Counted from the first letter of the stretch, positions 26,412 through 36,647 are shown. The stretch is 64,000 nt of DNA from Minisyncoccota bacterium (GCA_041659005.1 JBAZZD010000002.1:25817-89816), one strand, 5' to 3'. The notes: generated by a model not told the origin, from the sequence alone. A program made the numbers and translations.

Positions 26412-27620
26412 TTACTTCATTTGTTTTTCTATAATTTCAAGCGCTTTTTCGAGCTGAGGATCTTTTTTCTGTTCAATATCTTTTTCGGTCATTTTCACTT
26501 TTATATCTGGTTCAATTCCAAGTTTATCAATTTTCACTTTTTTGGGCGTAAACCAATGTGCAATAGTTACTTTTAGTTTTGATCCATCCTTTAAATCAAT
26601 CACTTCCTGCACACTTCCCTTTCCAAATGTTTTTTCTCCAACAAGTGTTACTCCGCGTATATCACGAATTGCTCCCGCGAGGATTTCAGATGCCGATGCA
26701 CTTCCCTCATTTACCAATATTACAAGCGGAATATTTATAAACAATTGATTTCCGTGGGCAGAGCGAACTGTTTCTTCTCCTGTTCGCGTTTGTTCAATTA
26801 CTACTGTTTTTCCAGATTCTAAAAACCAACCGCCTAAATCAACTGCCACGTCAAGGAATCCTCCTGGGTTATTTCTTAAATCAAGAATAATTCCATCGGC
26901 GTTTTGTTGCCTTGCCTCAACCGCCTTTTTATAAAAGATTTCTGAGACATTTGCATTAAAATTATAAAGATGCATGTGCGCAACTTTTTTTCCACTTGGA
27001 AGTGTTTTCATTTCAAGATCAAGAGTCGGAACCTGAACGATTGCACGAGTTATAGTAAACTCTTTTGGCTCTTTGAATGAGTCACGATAAATAAGCAAAC
27101 GGACAACGGTTCCTGGTTTTCCGCGAATGATTTTTACCGCGCTTTCTGTAGACATGTTTGTTGTGGTTGTATTGTCTATTCGAAGAATTTTATCAAGTGG
27201 CAATAATCCAACCTTTTCCGCTGGATTCCCTTTCAGTGGCGTAACAATAGTAATTTGTCCGTTTCTCAGTCCGATTTCTGCCCCAATGCCACCAAATTCG
27301 CCAGCAAGATCTTCGTCAAATTTCTTTGCATCCGATGGATCAAAAAAATCTGAATAAGGATCTTCAAGTGAAGCGACCATTCCACGAATTGCTCCATATA
27401 ACATTGAGTCATCTTTTATTGCACTTGCATCAACATATTTATTTTGTACTACATCAACTGTCTCCCAAAATAATGAGAAGTCAGATTTTATCAGTGCGCG
27501 CGGATCAGTTATTATTACTGATCGTTTATTTCCGTATGAATATCCAACAAATAATGATGCACCAATGATTACTAAGATAAGCAATGCACCAACAGAAACC
27601 CTCCATTTATTATTCCACAT
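26412..27620 (-). CDS. S41 carboxyl-terminal processing protease with PDZ
   Basis: DPYS, GIGAEI, DLRNNPGG, SASASEI, TFGKGSVQ. Confidence 0.95.
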   Translation of the reverse strand: MWNNKWRVSVGALLILVIIGASLFVGYSYGNKRSVIITDPRALIKSDFSLFWETVDVVQNKYVDASAIKDDSMLYGAIRGMVASLEDPYSDFFDPSDAKKFDEDLAGEFGGIGAEIGLRNGQITIVTPLKGNPAEKVGLLPLDKILRIDNTTTTNMSTESAVKIIRGKPGTVVRLLIYRDSFKEPKEFTITRAIVQVPTLDLEMKTLPSGKKVAHMHLYNFNANVSEIFYKKAVEARQQNADGIILDLRNNPGGFLDVAVDLGGWFLESGKTVVIEQTRTGEETVRSAHGNQLFINIPLVILVNEGSASASEILAGAIRDIRGVTLVGEKTFGKGSVQEVIDLKDGSKLKVTIAHWFTPKKVKIDKLGIEPDIKVKMTEKDIEQKKDPQLEKALEIIEKQMK

Positions 27621-27680
27621 AGTGTCTTAATTAAATCAGAGTTCGTGAATGTATGCAAAAATGTGAAAGAATGTCTCTCA

Positions 27681-28226
27681 TCAATTTTCTATTTTGAAAT
27701 AATTTGGACCCTGTGGAGTGAGCTCTGACTCAAAAAGTGTGAGTTCTGTTGGATGAAATGTTTCGCTAAATTGTGTGTAAATTGGTTCAAGCCGTTCTTT
27801 CGCGCGTGCGTTAAATCGAGCAAGTGTTACATGTCCATTAAAGTGAGAAAGATTTTCTCGTTCCCACTGGATTCCGTTTCGATACAAATTCGCTTCAAGC
27901 GATAATTTTATTAGTTCTATCTCTTTAGATGTTTCTCGAGTGAGCGATGCCCATACCATTCGTTTTTCATATGTTGGTGGGCCATAATCAATTGAGTGAA
28001 ATTGAATGGAAAGCGATTCTGGAATTAATGTTCCCTTGAGTGACTCCATTATTCCATGAATTAGCTCATCATTCTGATCACCGAGAAAGGAAACGGTAAT
28101 ATGCAAGTTTTCATAACGAACAATGCGTGCGTCAAGCGGCAATTTTTTCACAAAGGAAGAGAGCGCCACATCAATAGAATCCCGTGTCGCTTTAGGCAGT
28201 TCGAACGCTACGAACAACCTTTTCAT
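27681..28226 (-). CDS. thpR: RNA 2',3'-cyclic phosphodiesterase (2H family)
   Basis: RLFVA, two HxT motifs (LHIT, GHVTLAR), S.L...GP.Y. Confidence 0.9.
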   Translation of the reverse strand: MKRLFVAFELPKATRDSIDVALSSFVKKLPLDARIVRYENLHITVSFLGDQNDELIHGIMESLKGTLIPESLSIQFHSIDYGPPTYEKRMVWASLTRETSKEIELIKLSLEANLYRNGIQWERENLSHFNGHVTLARFNARAKERLEPIYTQFSETFHPTELTLFESELTPQGPNYFKIEN

Positions 28227-28255
28227 ACAATAAATAATAGCATAGAATAATTGAA

Positions 28256-28624
28256 ATGCCGCTTGATCCGAATTATTTAGAGTTATTAAAAAAGCGGGGC
28301 GAAGAGAGTCATGTGTATAGGAATTATCAACTTACTGGACTTGAAGTTGCCGAAATGCTTCATGATCAGGCGCATAAAGCACTGTACATGAAACTTGCAA
28401 AACAACATGGTGCAACTGCATTGCTTTCAGTCGCTAAGCGAATTTCAGAACAAAAAGAAATAAAAAATAAAGGGGCGTATTTCATGAGGGTTTTTTTCTC
28501 TGAATTTGGAAAGCTCAACAATCAAAAAGAAACACGCAATGAATCAAAAAGAAGTAAAACCAATAGTAACAATACAAGAGGGAAAAGGAGAAGCGTTTCT
28601 GCGAAAGAAAACAGTCTTGTTTAA
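28256..28624 (+). CDS. Hypothetical protein; 3' end overlaps def
   Basis: HKALYMKLAK, KNKGAYF; TAGAAT 7 nt before ATG. Confidence 0.7.
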   Translation: MPLDPNYLELLKKRGEESHVYRNYQLTGLEVAEMLHDQAHKALYMKLAKQHGATALLSVAKRISEQKEIKNKGAYFMRVFFSEFGKLNNQKETRNESKRSKTNSNNTRGKRRSVSAKENSLV

Positions 28625-29051
28625 TTTTGATAATTACACAGACAAAGAATTGCGTGCGCTTATTAAAGTAATGCGCGAGACAATGAAACGTGCGAATGGT
28701 GTTGGGCTTTCAGCAAACCAGATAGGACTTGATGAACGATTTTTTGTTGCAGAGGCTCCCGATAGTCAGGGGAAACAGAAGTTTTATGCGATATTTAATC
28801 CAGTAATAATAAAATCTTCCAAAGAAATTTCAACTGTTGAGGAGGGATGTTTGAGCGTCCCAGAAACATGGGGTCCGACTCCTCGCGCATATCGCGTAAC
28901 TCTTGAGGGACAAGATATAAAAGGAAAAAAGATAAAACTAAAAGTGTGGGGGCTTCTTGCTCGTATTTTTCAACATGAGGTGGATCACTTAGATGGACAT
29001 CTATTTATTGATAGAGCAAAGAGCACAAGAAAGATCCAAATAAAAAAATAG
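28539..29051 (+). CDS. def: Peptide deformylase
   Basis: GVGLSANQ, EGCLS, QHEVDHLDG. Confidence 0.97.
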   Translation: MNQKEVKPIVTIQEGKGEAFLRKKTVLFNFDNYTDKELRALIKVMRETMKRANGVGLSANQIGLDERFFVAEAPDSQGKQKFYAIFNPVIIKSSKEISTVEEGCLSVPETWGPTPRAYRVTLEGQDIKGKKIKLKVWGLLARIFQHEVDHLDGHLFIDRAKSTRKIQIKK

Positions 29052-29056
29052 CACTC

Positions 29057-29920
29057 ATGTCATATATTTTTTTCGGTACTCCAAAGTTTGCAGAAATAGT
29101 GCTGAAGCATCTTATTGATGCAGGACACATACCCGTAGCAGTTGTGTGCAACCCCGATCGACCAGTGGGAAGAAAAAAAGTTATTACTCCCCCACCAGTA
29201 AAGCAATACCTCAGTGAATTATCCGAGCCAATAAGAAATTCAATACAAATATTCCAACCAGAAAAATTAATTGAGATTGAAGCAGTGCTTAAAGAAATGA
29301 ATGTTGATTTATTTGTGGTTGCTGCGTATGCAAAAATAATTCCACAAACAATTCTTGATATTCCAAAATATGGAACGGTAGGCGTTCATCCATCGCTCCT
29401 TCCAAAACTTCGTGGTTCATCTCCCATTCAATCCGCAATTTTATTTGGAGAAAAAGAAACAGGAGTTTCATTATATTTTATTGATAAGGACGTTGATCAT
29501 GGGCCAATAATAAAAACAGATTTCTTAAAAGATTTTGATTGTGACGCAGTAACCTTTTTAGAACTCCATGATGCGCTCGCGCATCTTGGGGGCACAATGC
29601 TTTCTGAAATTATTGCCGAACTTATGAATGGAAAAGAAAAAGGTGCCGAACAAAATCATTCTGAGGCAACATTTACAAAGAAATTTGTTTCGCAAGATGG
29701 ATTTATTGATCATGATGATTTGCAACTTGCGATGCAGGGAGAAAACGAGCGGGCTAAAAAAATTAATAGAATGGTTCACGCGCTCAATCCAGAACCTGGG
29801 GTTTATACGCTCGTGAATGAAAAAAGAATGAAACTACTTAAAACAGAAATTAAAGACGGCAATTTGAAGCTTTTGCGTATTCAGATGGAGGGAGGACTGC
29901 CACAAGATATGCACTATTAA
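29057..29920 (+). CDS. fmt: Methionyl-tRNA formyltransferase
   Basis: FFGTP.FA, PDRPVGR, HPSLLP..RG.SPI; follows def. Confidence 0.96.
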   Translation: MSYIFFGTPKFAEIVLKHLIDAGHIPVAVVCNPDRPVGRKKVITPPPVKQYLSELSEPIRNSIQIFQPEKLIEIEAVLKEMNVDLFVVAAYAKIIPQTILDIPKYGTVGVHPSLLPKLRGSSPIQSAILFGEKETGVSLYFIDKDVDHGPIIKTDFLKDFDCDAVTFLELHDALAHLGGTMLSEIIAELMNGKEKGAEQNHSEATFTKKFVSQDGFIDHDDLQLAMQGENERAKKINRMVHALNPEPGVYTLVNEKRMKLLKTEIKDGNLKLLRIQMEGGLPQDMHY

Positions 29921-29969
29921 ACATTAAATTGACAAAATAATATATTTATTATATTATTAAACCACTATT

Positions 29970-31355
29970 ATGAATCGAAACGGAAAGGGATTCCACGGGT
30001 TTGGTATTGCACCAGCCATTTTGGAAGTGCTTGCAAAACTAAATTTTATTACTCCAACTCCTATACAAGAACAGGCACTTGCTGCCCTGTTAGAAGGAAA
30101 AGATGTTATGGGAATTGCACAAACGGGAACAGGAAAAACCCTTGCGTTTGGTATTCCACTTATCCAGAATGCAATTCAGAAAAAAGGAATATCACTTGTT
30201 GTTGCACCGACTCGTGAACTTGCACTTCAAATTGATGAGGCAATTTCGGCTATTGGAAAACCACTTGGAATAAAAACCGCAGTGTTAATAGGTGGCGAGC
30301 CATTTGGAACACAGTTGCGACAGCTTTCAAAAAATCCAAGTATTATTATTGGAACTCCAGGAAGGATTGTCGATCATACCGAACAAAAAACGGTATCATT
30401 TCAAAATGTAAAAATTCTTGTACTTGATGAGGCAGATAGAATGCTTGATATGGGATTTGCTCCACAATTAAAGAAAATTCATATGCTTCTGCCAAAACAA
30501 CGACAAACAATGTTGTTTTCAGCAACGATGCCCGAATCAATTGTTTCAGTTGCTCGTATGTATTTGTCACTTCCGATACGTGTTGAAGTTGCGCCACAAG
30601 GAAGTACCGCAAAAGACGTTGCGCAGGAAGTATTTTTTGTTCCTCATGAAGACAAGCCACGACTTCTTGAAAAAATTCTTCAAGAGTATCAGGGATCAGT
30701 ACTTGTGTTTGCTCGAACAAAACATGGAGCAAAACGCATTGCTTTTATGGTTCGTGGGTTTGGAAATCCAGCAACTGAAATTCATTCAAATCGTTCACTT
30801 AATCAAAGAAAAGAAGCGCTACAAGGATTTAAAAATGGAACGTATCGCGTGCTTGTCGCGACTGATATTGCTGCGCGTGGTATTGACGTGAAAAATATTG
30901 AACTTGTTATTAATTATGATTTACCAGAAAACGCAGAGGATTATGTACACCGAATTGGTAGAACGGGACGAGCGGGAGAGGTCGGGCGGGCAATATCATT
31001 TGCACGACCTGATGAAAAACGTGATGTTCGTGTCATTGAACAATTAATCTCGAAAGAACTTCCTGTTTCAAAACTTCCTGTGCTTCCTACGGCACATCCA
31101 CTACACAGAATTGAACAACGAGAAGAGCGACGCCCTTCGTTTTCTCGTTCTCATAGACCATCACGAGGTCGTTCTCAAGATGATAGACCACGACGATCGT
31201 TTAGTTCTTCTCATTCACGCTCAAGCGCACCAGCTCATACACATTCGTTTTCTCAAGAACGTAGATCAACAACAACAATGCCATCAAGAAATGGAGGAGA
31301 TCGAAGGCCAGCAGCTCCTTCAAGGAATGGAGTGAGGCGCAGGTTCAGACCTTAA
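29970..31355 (+). CDS. DEAD-box RNA helicase (RhlE-like)
   Basis: Q motif, AQTGTGKT, PTRELA, DEAD, SAT, HRIGRTGR; Arg/Ser-rich tail. Confidence 0.96.
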   Translation: MNRNGKGFHGFGIAPAILEVLAKLNFITPTPIQEQALAALLEGKDVMGIAQTGTGKTLAFGIPLIQNAIQKKGISLVVAPTRELALQIDEAISAIGKPLGIKTAVLIGGEPFGTQLRQLSKNPSIIIGTPGRIVDHTEQKTVSFQNVKILVLDEADRMLDMGFAPQLKKIHMLLPKQRQTMLFSATMPESIVSVARMYLSLPIRVEVAPQGSTAKDVAQEVFFVPHEDKPRLLEKILQEYQGSVLVFARTKHGAKRIAFMVRGFGNPATEIHSNRSLNQRKEALQGFKNGTYRVLVATDIAARGIDVKNIELVINYDLPENAEDYVHRIGRTGRAGEVGRAISFARPDEKRDVRVIEQLISKELPVSKLPVLPTAHPLHRIEQREERRPSFSRSHRPSRGRSQDDRPRRSFSSSHSRSSAPAHTHSFSQERRSTTTMPSRNGGDRRPAAPSRNGVRRRFRP

Positions 31356-31361
31356 TAGTTT

Positions 31362-32039
31362 TTATAGTTCAGTTAATAAATCAACGAGAATAGTATTTTC
31401 GTTGATTTTTTTACCAGTTATCTTTGCACGTTTTCCATCTTCAAATGAAGGTGTGCATTGGTTATTGTCACTTTCGCATTGCCAGTTCGAAAAATCGAGC
31501 GTTGTGGTAAGTGCCGGTTTTCCTGGTTCTTCATATACAAATAACCATTCTCCATTTTTCTGTACAATATTCCCTTCTTTTTCGAATTGAGCAGCAGTTG
31601 TTATATCTGTTTTTGGCATATCGCCACAAATGACATCAGTAATTTTCCATAATGCATTTTCACGTGCTAGGGAGATTTTGATATCTTTAACGATTGTATC
31701 AAAGTATTCGCGGACGCTTACTTCAGCATTTTCACCATTTGTGGCAATCGGAAACACTTCAAAGTTATTAGGAATATCTTGTGCACATACAATTGGATCG
31801 TATCCCCCACTTGAAAATGATGAGACAATCGAGTCAATCTTTTTTTTAAAATTTAAAGAAAGTTGATCCGCGTTTTGATACGAACCATCTGAAAGCATAA
31901 ATTTTCCTTGAAACCACGATTCATAAAACGTAGTGACTGCTCGATCTGGTGTGGTTACCGCTGAATTTGAGGTGATAAGAAAAACAAGCATGACAAGCAC
32001 GACAATTCCAAAAATACCTGCAACTACCATTTTCTTCAT
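31362..32039 (-). CDS. Membrane-anchored protein, DUF3828-like
   Basis: N-terminal TM, FYE.W, DPIVCAQD, WKITDV. Confidence 0.65.
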   Translation of the reverse strand: MKKMVVAGIFGIVVLVMLVFLITSNSAVTTPDRAVTTFYESWFQGKFMLSDGSYQNADQLSLNFKKKIDSIVSSFSSGGYDPIVCAQDIPNNFEVFPIATNGENAEVSVREYFDTIVKDIKISLARENALWKITDVICGDMPKTDITTAAQFEKEGNIVQKNGEWLFVYEEPGKPALTTTLDFSNWQCESDNNQCTPSFEDGKRAKITGKKINENTILVDLLTEL

Positions 32040-32166
32040 ATTCACAGTATACTCCCGTTTTAAATTGAAATACCAACCAGTAGAATCTTGCCCGTTGGGT
32101 CGGTTCAGTTTCCACTAGTTGAAAACAAAAGAAAAACCCCTGTCGGGGGGTTTTTCTTTTTAGAAT

Positions 32167-32532
32167 TTACTGCAAAAGTTTTTCATCTGGCGCTGATTGT
32201 TCATTACTATTAGGAATAGTTTTTGCTTTATTATATACACATCCTCCATTCTGTTGATTTTGAAATCCGTATCCACTACGCATCATCCCAGTTCCATATC
32301 GTCCAAAAGAACGTGATCCTCCGAAGTTCTCTCCATTTATTACTCCTTTTATTTCTCCGATTTTTACTCCACCCATAAATACTGCCCAGAGAATTAAAAG
32401 ACCTAAAATCCAACGAAAAACATGGCAACCTTTGTGCATTCCGTTGTGACTGTGCATCATTTTCCCTCCTTTGCAGAACATGCAACATGATCCTACATTT
32501 TCTGTATTATTTTTTTCTTCTGTCATACACAT
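32167..32532 (-). CDS. Single-TM hypothetical protein with Cys/His-rich N-terminus
   Basis: CCMFC..HSH..H..CH, VFMGGVKIGEIKG, Gly/Met-rich tail. Confidence 0.7.
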   Translation of the reverse strand: MCMTEEKNNTENVGSCCMFCKGGKMMHSHNGMHKGCHVFRWILGLLILWAVFMGGVKIGEIKGVINGENFGGSRSFGRYGTGMMRSGYGFQNQQNGGCVYNKAKTIPNSNEQSAPDEKLLQ

Positions 32533-32556
32533 ACTACGTTAAAGTATGGGAAAATA

Positions 32557-33213
32557 TTACATCTTTGGTTTTTTGATAACCTGCACCACTTTTCCATTAA
32601 TGATATAGTTGTCATTTTCATGAATATAGATTGGTGGGAAATCTTGATTTGAATCAGAAATAAGAATAATTTGTTTATTTTCGTCATCTTTATAGAAACG
32701 CTTTATGTTTGCCATTCCGTCAATAATAGAAAGAACAATATCTCCATTTTTTGGACTTCGATCGGTAGTATCCACAATTACATAATCGCCATCCTCAATT
32801 TTTTTCTTTTCAATCATTGCCTTGTTCATACTTGGTCCTTTTACACGAATTGCAAAAAGAACATGCGAAGTTGGTCGTGGACGAATAAGCGATTCCGATA
32901 TACGAAGGAATCCTTCAATATTTTCTTCTGCAATTGCAGTTGCGGGCCCTGCGCTTGCGTATCCAAGAATTGGAATGCTTAACAAGGTTCCCTGTCCTTT
33001 ACTTGTTTTTTTACTCCAGTTATCTCGTGTGTTCTTTATAATTCCCTTTGCCTTATCAATATTTAAGAGTCCACGCTTTTCAAGTTGACCCATATGATGT
33101 TTTATTTTCTGTGGTGAGGTTTCACCGATAAACGCACCAATTTCTCGCAAAGAGAACAATGCAAGATTTTTCATTTTGGCGAGTTCTAATAATTTTTCTT
33201 GTATGGTGTGCAT
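32557..33213 (-). CDS. lexA: LexA-family repressor (HTH + S24 peptidase)
   Basis: SLREIG HTH, Ala-Gly site (ASAG), G.SM, K-R catalytic region. Confidence 0.8.
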   Translation of the reverse strand: MHTIQEKLLELAKMKNLALFSLREIGAFIGETSPQKIKHHMGQLEKRGLLNIDKAKGIIKNTRDNWSKKTSKGQGTLLSIPILGYASAGPATAIAEENIEGFLRISESLIRPRPTSHVLFAIRVKGPSMNKAMIEKKKIEDGDYVIVDTTDRSPKNGDIVLSIIDGMANIKRFYKDDENKQIILISDSNQDFPPIYIHENDNYIINGKVVQVIKKPKM

Positions 33214-33294
33214 ATGTTTATTTCATAATTGTATCATACTCCCGTAATGCTTGACACTGTGGACAGCTTCAATACAACGAAATAAATCAAGTGT

Positions 33295-33708
33295 TTAGTC
33301 AAATAGGAAAAATGCAGCAATTGTGGCACCAATCCAACTCATCGCTGACAAGGTTCCACTAAGGAATAATGGCCACTTCTCCCCTTTTGTAAGTGAGGAG
33401 AATGATTTTTGTGTTGCCACATGAGTGAGTTTTCCGATCAAGAATCCATTTCCTACAAGAATGGCGACAAACACCATTTTGATGATAAAAAATGGATTAT
33501 GTATTAAATAGTTTCGGGCGGGATAAAAAAGAAATCCACCAGTAATGATAAGTGCAATTAAACCAATCCACGTGGCGATGTGAAGACGATCTATTTTTTT
33601 ACTATCCAGTACTTTAATTTTTCCTCGAAACCACGAAAACGCATCATGGTCGGCAATCAGAATAATAATTCCTGAAAAAATAAGTGAAATAATGTGTGCA
33701 GTAAACAT
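33295..33708 (-). CDS. Four-TM His-containing membrane protein
   Basis: Hydrophobic helices, NPFFIIKM; 6 nt downstream of cytochrome b5 gene. Confidence 0.7.
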   Translation of the reverse strand: MFTAHIISLIFSGIIILIADHDAFSWFRGKIKVLDSKKIDRLHIATWIGLIALIITGGFLFYPARNYLIHNPFFIIKMVFVAILVGNGFLIGKLTHVATQKSFSSLTKGEKWPLFLSGTLSAMSWIGATIAAFFLFD

Positions 33709-33714
33709 AATTAA

Positions 33715-34122
33715 TTATTGTGTTGCTAATACTCCGATTTTCATTGTTTCAAGTATTGTTTCCATTTTTTCATTTCCTCCGTGTTTATCTACGAATGCCT
33801 CAGTGCCATCTGTTCCACATCCTGTGAGGATTGGATCAGTTCCTCCGGGATGTTTTGGAATAAATGCAGTAACATCGTATACATTGCCTCGGATAATAGT
33901 GTAACAACTTGTTTCTAAATTATGTTTTGCAACATCAGCAGCAGAAAATGTTTGTGATACTGCTAGTGTTGTACTTGTACCTTGCTGTGCTTTTTGATTA
34001 TTATTGATAACCGAAACTTGTTCTGGCGCTGGCGTGCTATATTGTCGTTTATTTGAAAATATATATATTCCCCCACCTATAACAGCTACCACAACAATGA
34101 CCCCTAAGACAGTTTTATTCAT
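33715..34122 (-). CDS. Membrane-anchored cytochrome b5-like heme-binding protein
   Basis: V..HN...SC...I.G.VYDVT.F...HPGG..I...CG.DGT..F...H. Confidence 0.93.
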   Translation of the reverse strand: MNKTVLGVIVVVAVIGGGIYIFSNKRQYSTPAPEQVSVINNNQKAQQGTSTTLAVSQTFSAADVAKHNLETSCYTIIRGNVYDVTAFIPKHPGGTDPILTGCGTDGTEAFVDKHGGNEKMETILETMKIGVLATQ

Positions 34123-34276
34123 ATATTATATTATACAATTTTGGTGGTCTGTTTATTTCAAAAAACCTTGAACTACTTCATGAAAAAACTACTGCAACCT
34201 CCGGCGTCATTACTGAAGAAATTATTAAAGAGTGCAAGAAGATTAAATAAAAATTTCCCCGCGATATGCGGGGATT

Positions 34277-34612
34277 TTAATCAAGAAGGTTAAGTGCGAC
34301 AGCGATAATTGCCCATGCTTCTTTTTCTTCAATTTTTAATTTTTCTTGAAGTTTGTTGGCAAGAGAGATATAGAGAAAATCTCTATATTGAGATTGAAGA
34401 ACTTGAAGATTTGGACTATTTATCAGCGTTTCAACAGAAATATTATTATGTTTTGCCACAAGACTATTAATATCCGTCTGGTTACTTGAAAGCTTATCAT
34501 CAAGATCTTTTTCTATTTCTTTGAACGTCTCTTCCATTTTTTTGTCTGGAACCTTTTTTGAAACAGAAACAAGAGCTTCGATTAATGCAAATTTTGAATA
34601 TTGGAGTTTCAT
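34277..34612 (-). CDS. Hypothetical protein
   Basis: TTGCTA-17-TATTGT, AAAAAGGAG, terminator about 34255-34277. Confidence 0.7.
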   Translation of the reverse strand: MKLQYSKFALIEALVSVSKKVPDKKMEETFKEIEKDLDDKLSSNQTDINSLVAKHNNISVETLINSPNLQVLQSQYRDFLYISLANKLQEKLKIEEKEAWAIIAVALNLLD

Positions 34613-34744
34613 TTTTTCTCCTTTTTAATTGTGAAAGAATAAAACAACAATATCGCTTTTGGGCGGTATTAGCAAGGTTTACTCCAAAATTCCTATTTTT
34701 ATATGAAATCTTCATACAATATAAATTCAACTCAAAAAGGAAAT

Positions 34745-34930
34745 GAAAAAAATAATCCACAGCAAACTCAACGCCTTGGGCGCCTCAAACAGTGCTGCGG
34801 ATTATATTTTCAAGTTTCCCTTTTTCGTGAATTTATTTATTGTATTCCGACGTACGTATAAAAACAGGAATTCTTTCGTCTGGGCGTATATTGCGAACTC
34901 AGCACCCGAGGTGCTTCAAACAACGCTATA
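34745..34930. repeat. Two copies of a 27-nt hairpin motif aactca-stem-tcaaaca
   Basis: 34765-34791 and 34896-34922, with different but paired inner stems. Confidence 0.65.
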
Positions 34931-34984
34931 GATTATGTTTTTTTTAATCTTCTTCTCTTCACAATTTATACAGCGCACTCCAAA

Positions 34985-35002
34985 CCTGCCTGCGCAGGCA
35001 GG
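34985..35002. repeat. 18-bp perfect palindrome (REP-like)
   Basis: Identical to 790-807. Confidence 0.9.
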
Positions 35003-35042
35003 CGTATGCATAAAAGAGTGATTTTTTTGTCTAGGTGTTTTA

Positions 35043-35438
35043 TTACCAGTTGAGTACGGTCACGGTAACTTGAAGAATGGTTGCGAAATAGACCCATGCA
35101 AGATATGGGAAGTTTACTATCGCTACCCAACGAGCTCGTGGCCAAATTACTTTCATTGCCCACACGAGAGTTCCAAGGACTAAAAGGATATCAATAGTGG
35201 CAAGGATATTACTTTTTAATCCAAATTGAATTGGGGTGAATGCAATATTAAAAATCGCATTCAAAAAAAATGGCAAAAATATTCCTGTCGCATATTGTTT
35301 CTTTGTATATTTTATTAATACATATCCAAATGAAACAATGATGATAAGATACAATACCATCCACACTGGACCAAAAATCCACGCGGGCGGAGCCCATGAT
35401 GGTTTTAACAATTCACTATAGTATGCATAGTTTTCCAT
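35043..35438 (-). CDS. tspO: TspO/MBR tryptophan-rich sensory protein
   Basis: Y..L.KPSWAPP.W.FGPVW..LY, PYLAWV.FA. Confidence 0.93.
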   Translation of the reverse strand: MENYAYYSELLKPSWAPPAWIFGPVWMVLYLIIIVSFGYVLIKYTKKQYATGIFLPFFLNAIFNIAFTPIQFGLKSNILATIDILLVLGTLVWAMKVIWPRARWVAIVNFPYLAWVYFATILQVTVTVLNW

Positions 35439-35538
35439 TGATTTTATTATAGACGATTTGCCGAATCATAAACCTTGACTAATCAACTATTTGCTGTTAT
35501 CCTATATTTATCATTAACAATTTCAGTGGAGAAGAAAA

Positions 35539-36030
35539 ATGAATGTTGATAAACTCATTCAAGAAATTTCCGGACTTGTCGGAAAAGTTCTTGATGTTGA
35601 ACACATCAAGAAAGAAGGACGAACCGGAGTTTTTATTCACATTTCGGACAAGAACACAAAGGGTTTGATCGTTGCGCAAGCATTTGGGGTACTTACACCG
35701 GAAAAGTACAAAAAATATTCCCTTTTTGCAAATAAAAAGGCATATTGGTTGAATAACAATCCCAACGCACTTTCAACTGTTGAAAGCAATGGAGATGTCC
35801 CTGGTGGAGGTGTTTCGGGAGAAAACTATATTGTCACCGTTTCGGGACTTAACCCAAAAGACGATTCGGCGCTTGCCATCTTAATCCTCTCATTATTGGA
35901 AAAAGAAGAAAGATGCATCTTTCGAAGAATCCAATGTGTTGAAAAGGCGGGATGTAGAAACGAAATAAATGCTTTTATTTTTCATATAGTAAATAAAGCA
36001 TTTGCAGGATTAAAAGAACCGCGCACATAG
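35539..36030 (+). CDS. GlcG/HbpS-like protein (paralog 1)
   Basis: A.KKA, GG.., VTVSGL...DD.ALA. Confidence 0.6.
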   Translation: MNVDKLIQEISGLVGKVLDVEHIKKEGRTGVFIHISDKNTKGLIVAQAFGVLTPEKYKKYSLFANKKAYWLNNNPNALSTVESNGDVPGGGVSGENYIVTVSGLNPKDDSALAILILSLLEKEERCIFRRIQCVEKAGCRNEINAFIFHIVNKAFAGLKEPRT

Positions 36031-36134
36031 CGCGGCTTTATATTTTAGGATTTTGGTAATAGTTCTTGTTCTTGACTATTGGGAGTTTTACTCATATTTT
36101 AGATATATCATTAACATTTATTTCGGAGAACGTG

Positions 36135-36647
36135 ATGGGACGGAAAAAGAAATTTAAGCAAATATCCGAAAGGATAAAAGATCTTATTACCTGCGTGCTG
36201 GAGATGGAACATATCAAAGACTTAAAGAAAGCAGGAGTGTTTATCCAAGTCTTTGATAAAAAAACTGGAAATCTTCTTATCGGGAAAACCTTTGGATTAT
36301 TGACTTCGGATATGTGTGACGAATATTCAGGTGTTTCACAAAAAAAAGCAGTTTGGTTATACCTAAATCCACGGGCAACCTCGTCTTTAGAAAGTAATGG
36401 AGATGTTTCCCCGGGAGCAATTTCAGGAAGACGGCACGTTGTTTCGGTTTCTGCAGGATTGGAGTCTGGAGATGAATCTGCGCTTGCGGTTCTCGTTCTT
36501 GCCGAACTTGAATGCCGGAGAAAAGATTTTTATCGCCGTAATATCTATATTGCGAAGGCGGAATGCAAGAATGAGTTGTTTGATATTCTTGATTTTCTCG
36601 AAACAGTGTTTGACTGGAATCTCTTTCCCAATTTTGATATTGATTAA
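36135..36647 (+). CDS. GlcG/HbpS-like protein (paralog 2)
   Basis: Shares EHIK, GVFI...DK.T, FG.LT, KKA.WL..NP, ESNGDV with paralog 1. Confidence 0.6.
   Translation: MGRKKKFKQISERIKDLITCVLEMEHIKDLKKAGVFIQVFDKKTGNLLIGKTFGLLTSDMCDEYSGVSQKKAVWLYLNPRATSSLESNGDVSPGAISGRRHVVSVSAGLESGDESALAVLVLAELECRRKDFYRRNIYIAKAECKNELFDILDFLETVFDWNLFPNFDID

Noticed and set aside
33214-33290. LexA operator (SOS box)
   Set aside because: No convincing palindrome or repeated motif found by eye
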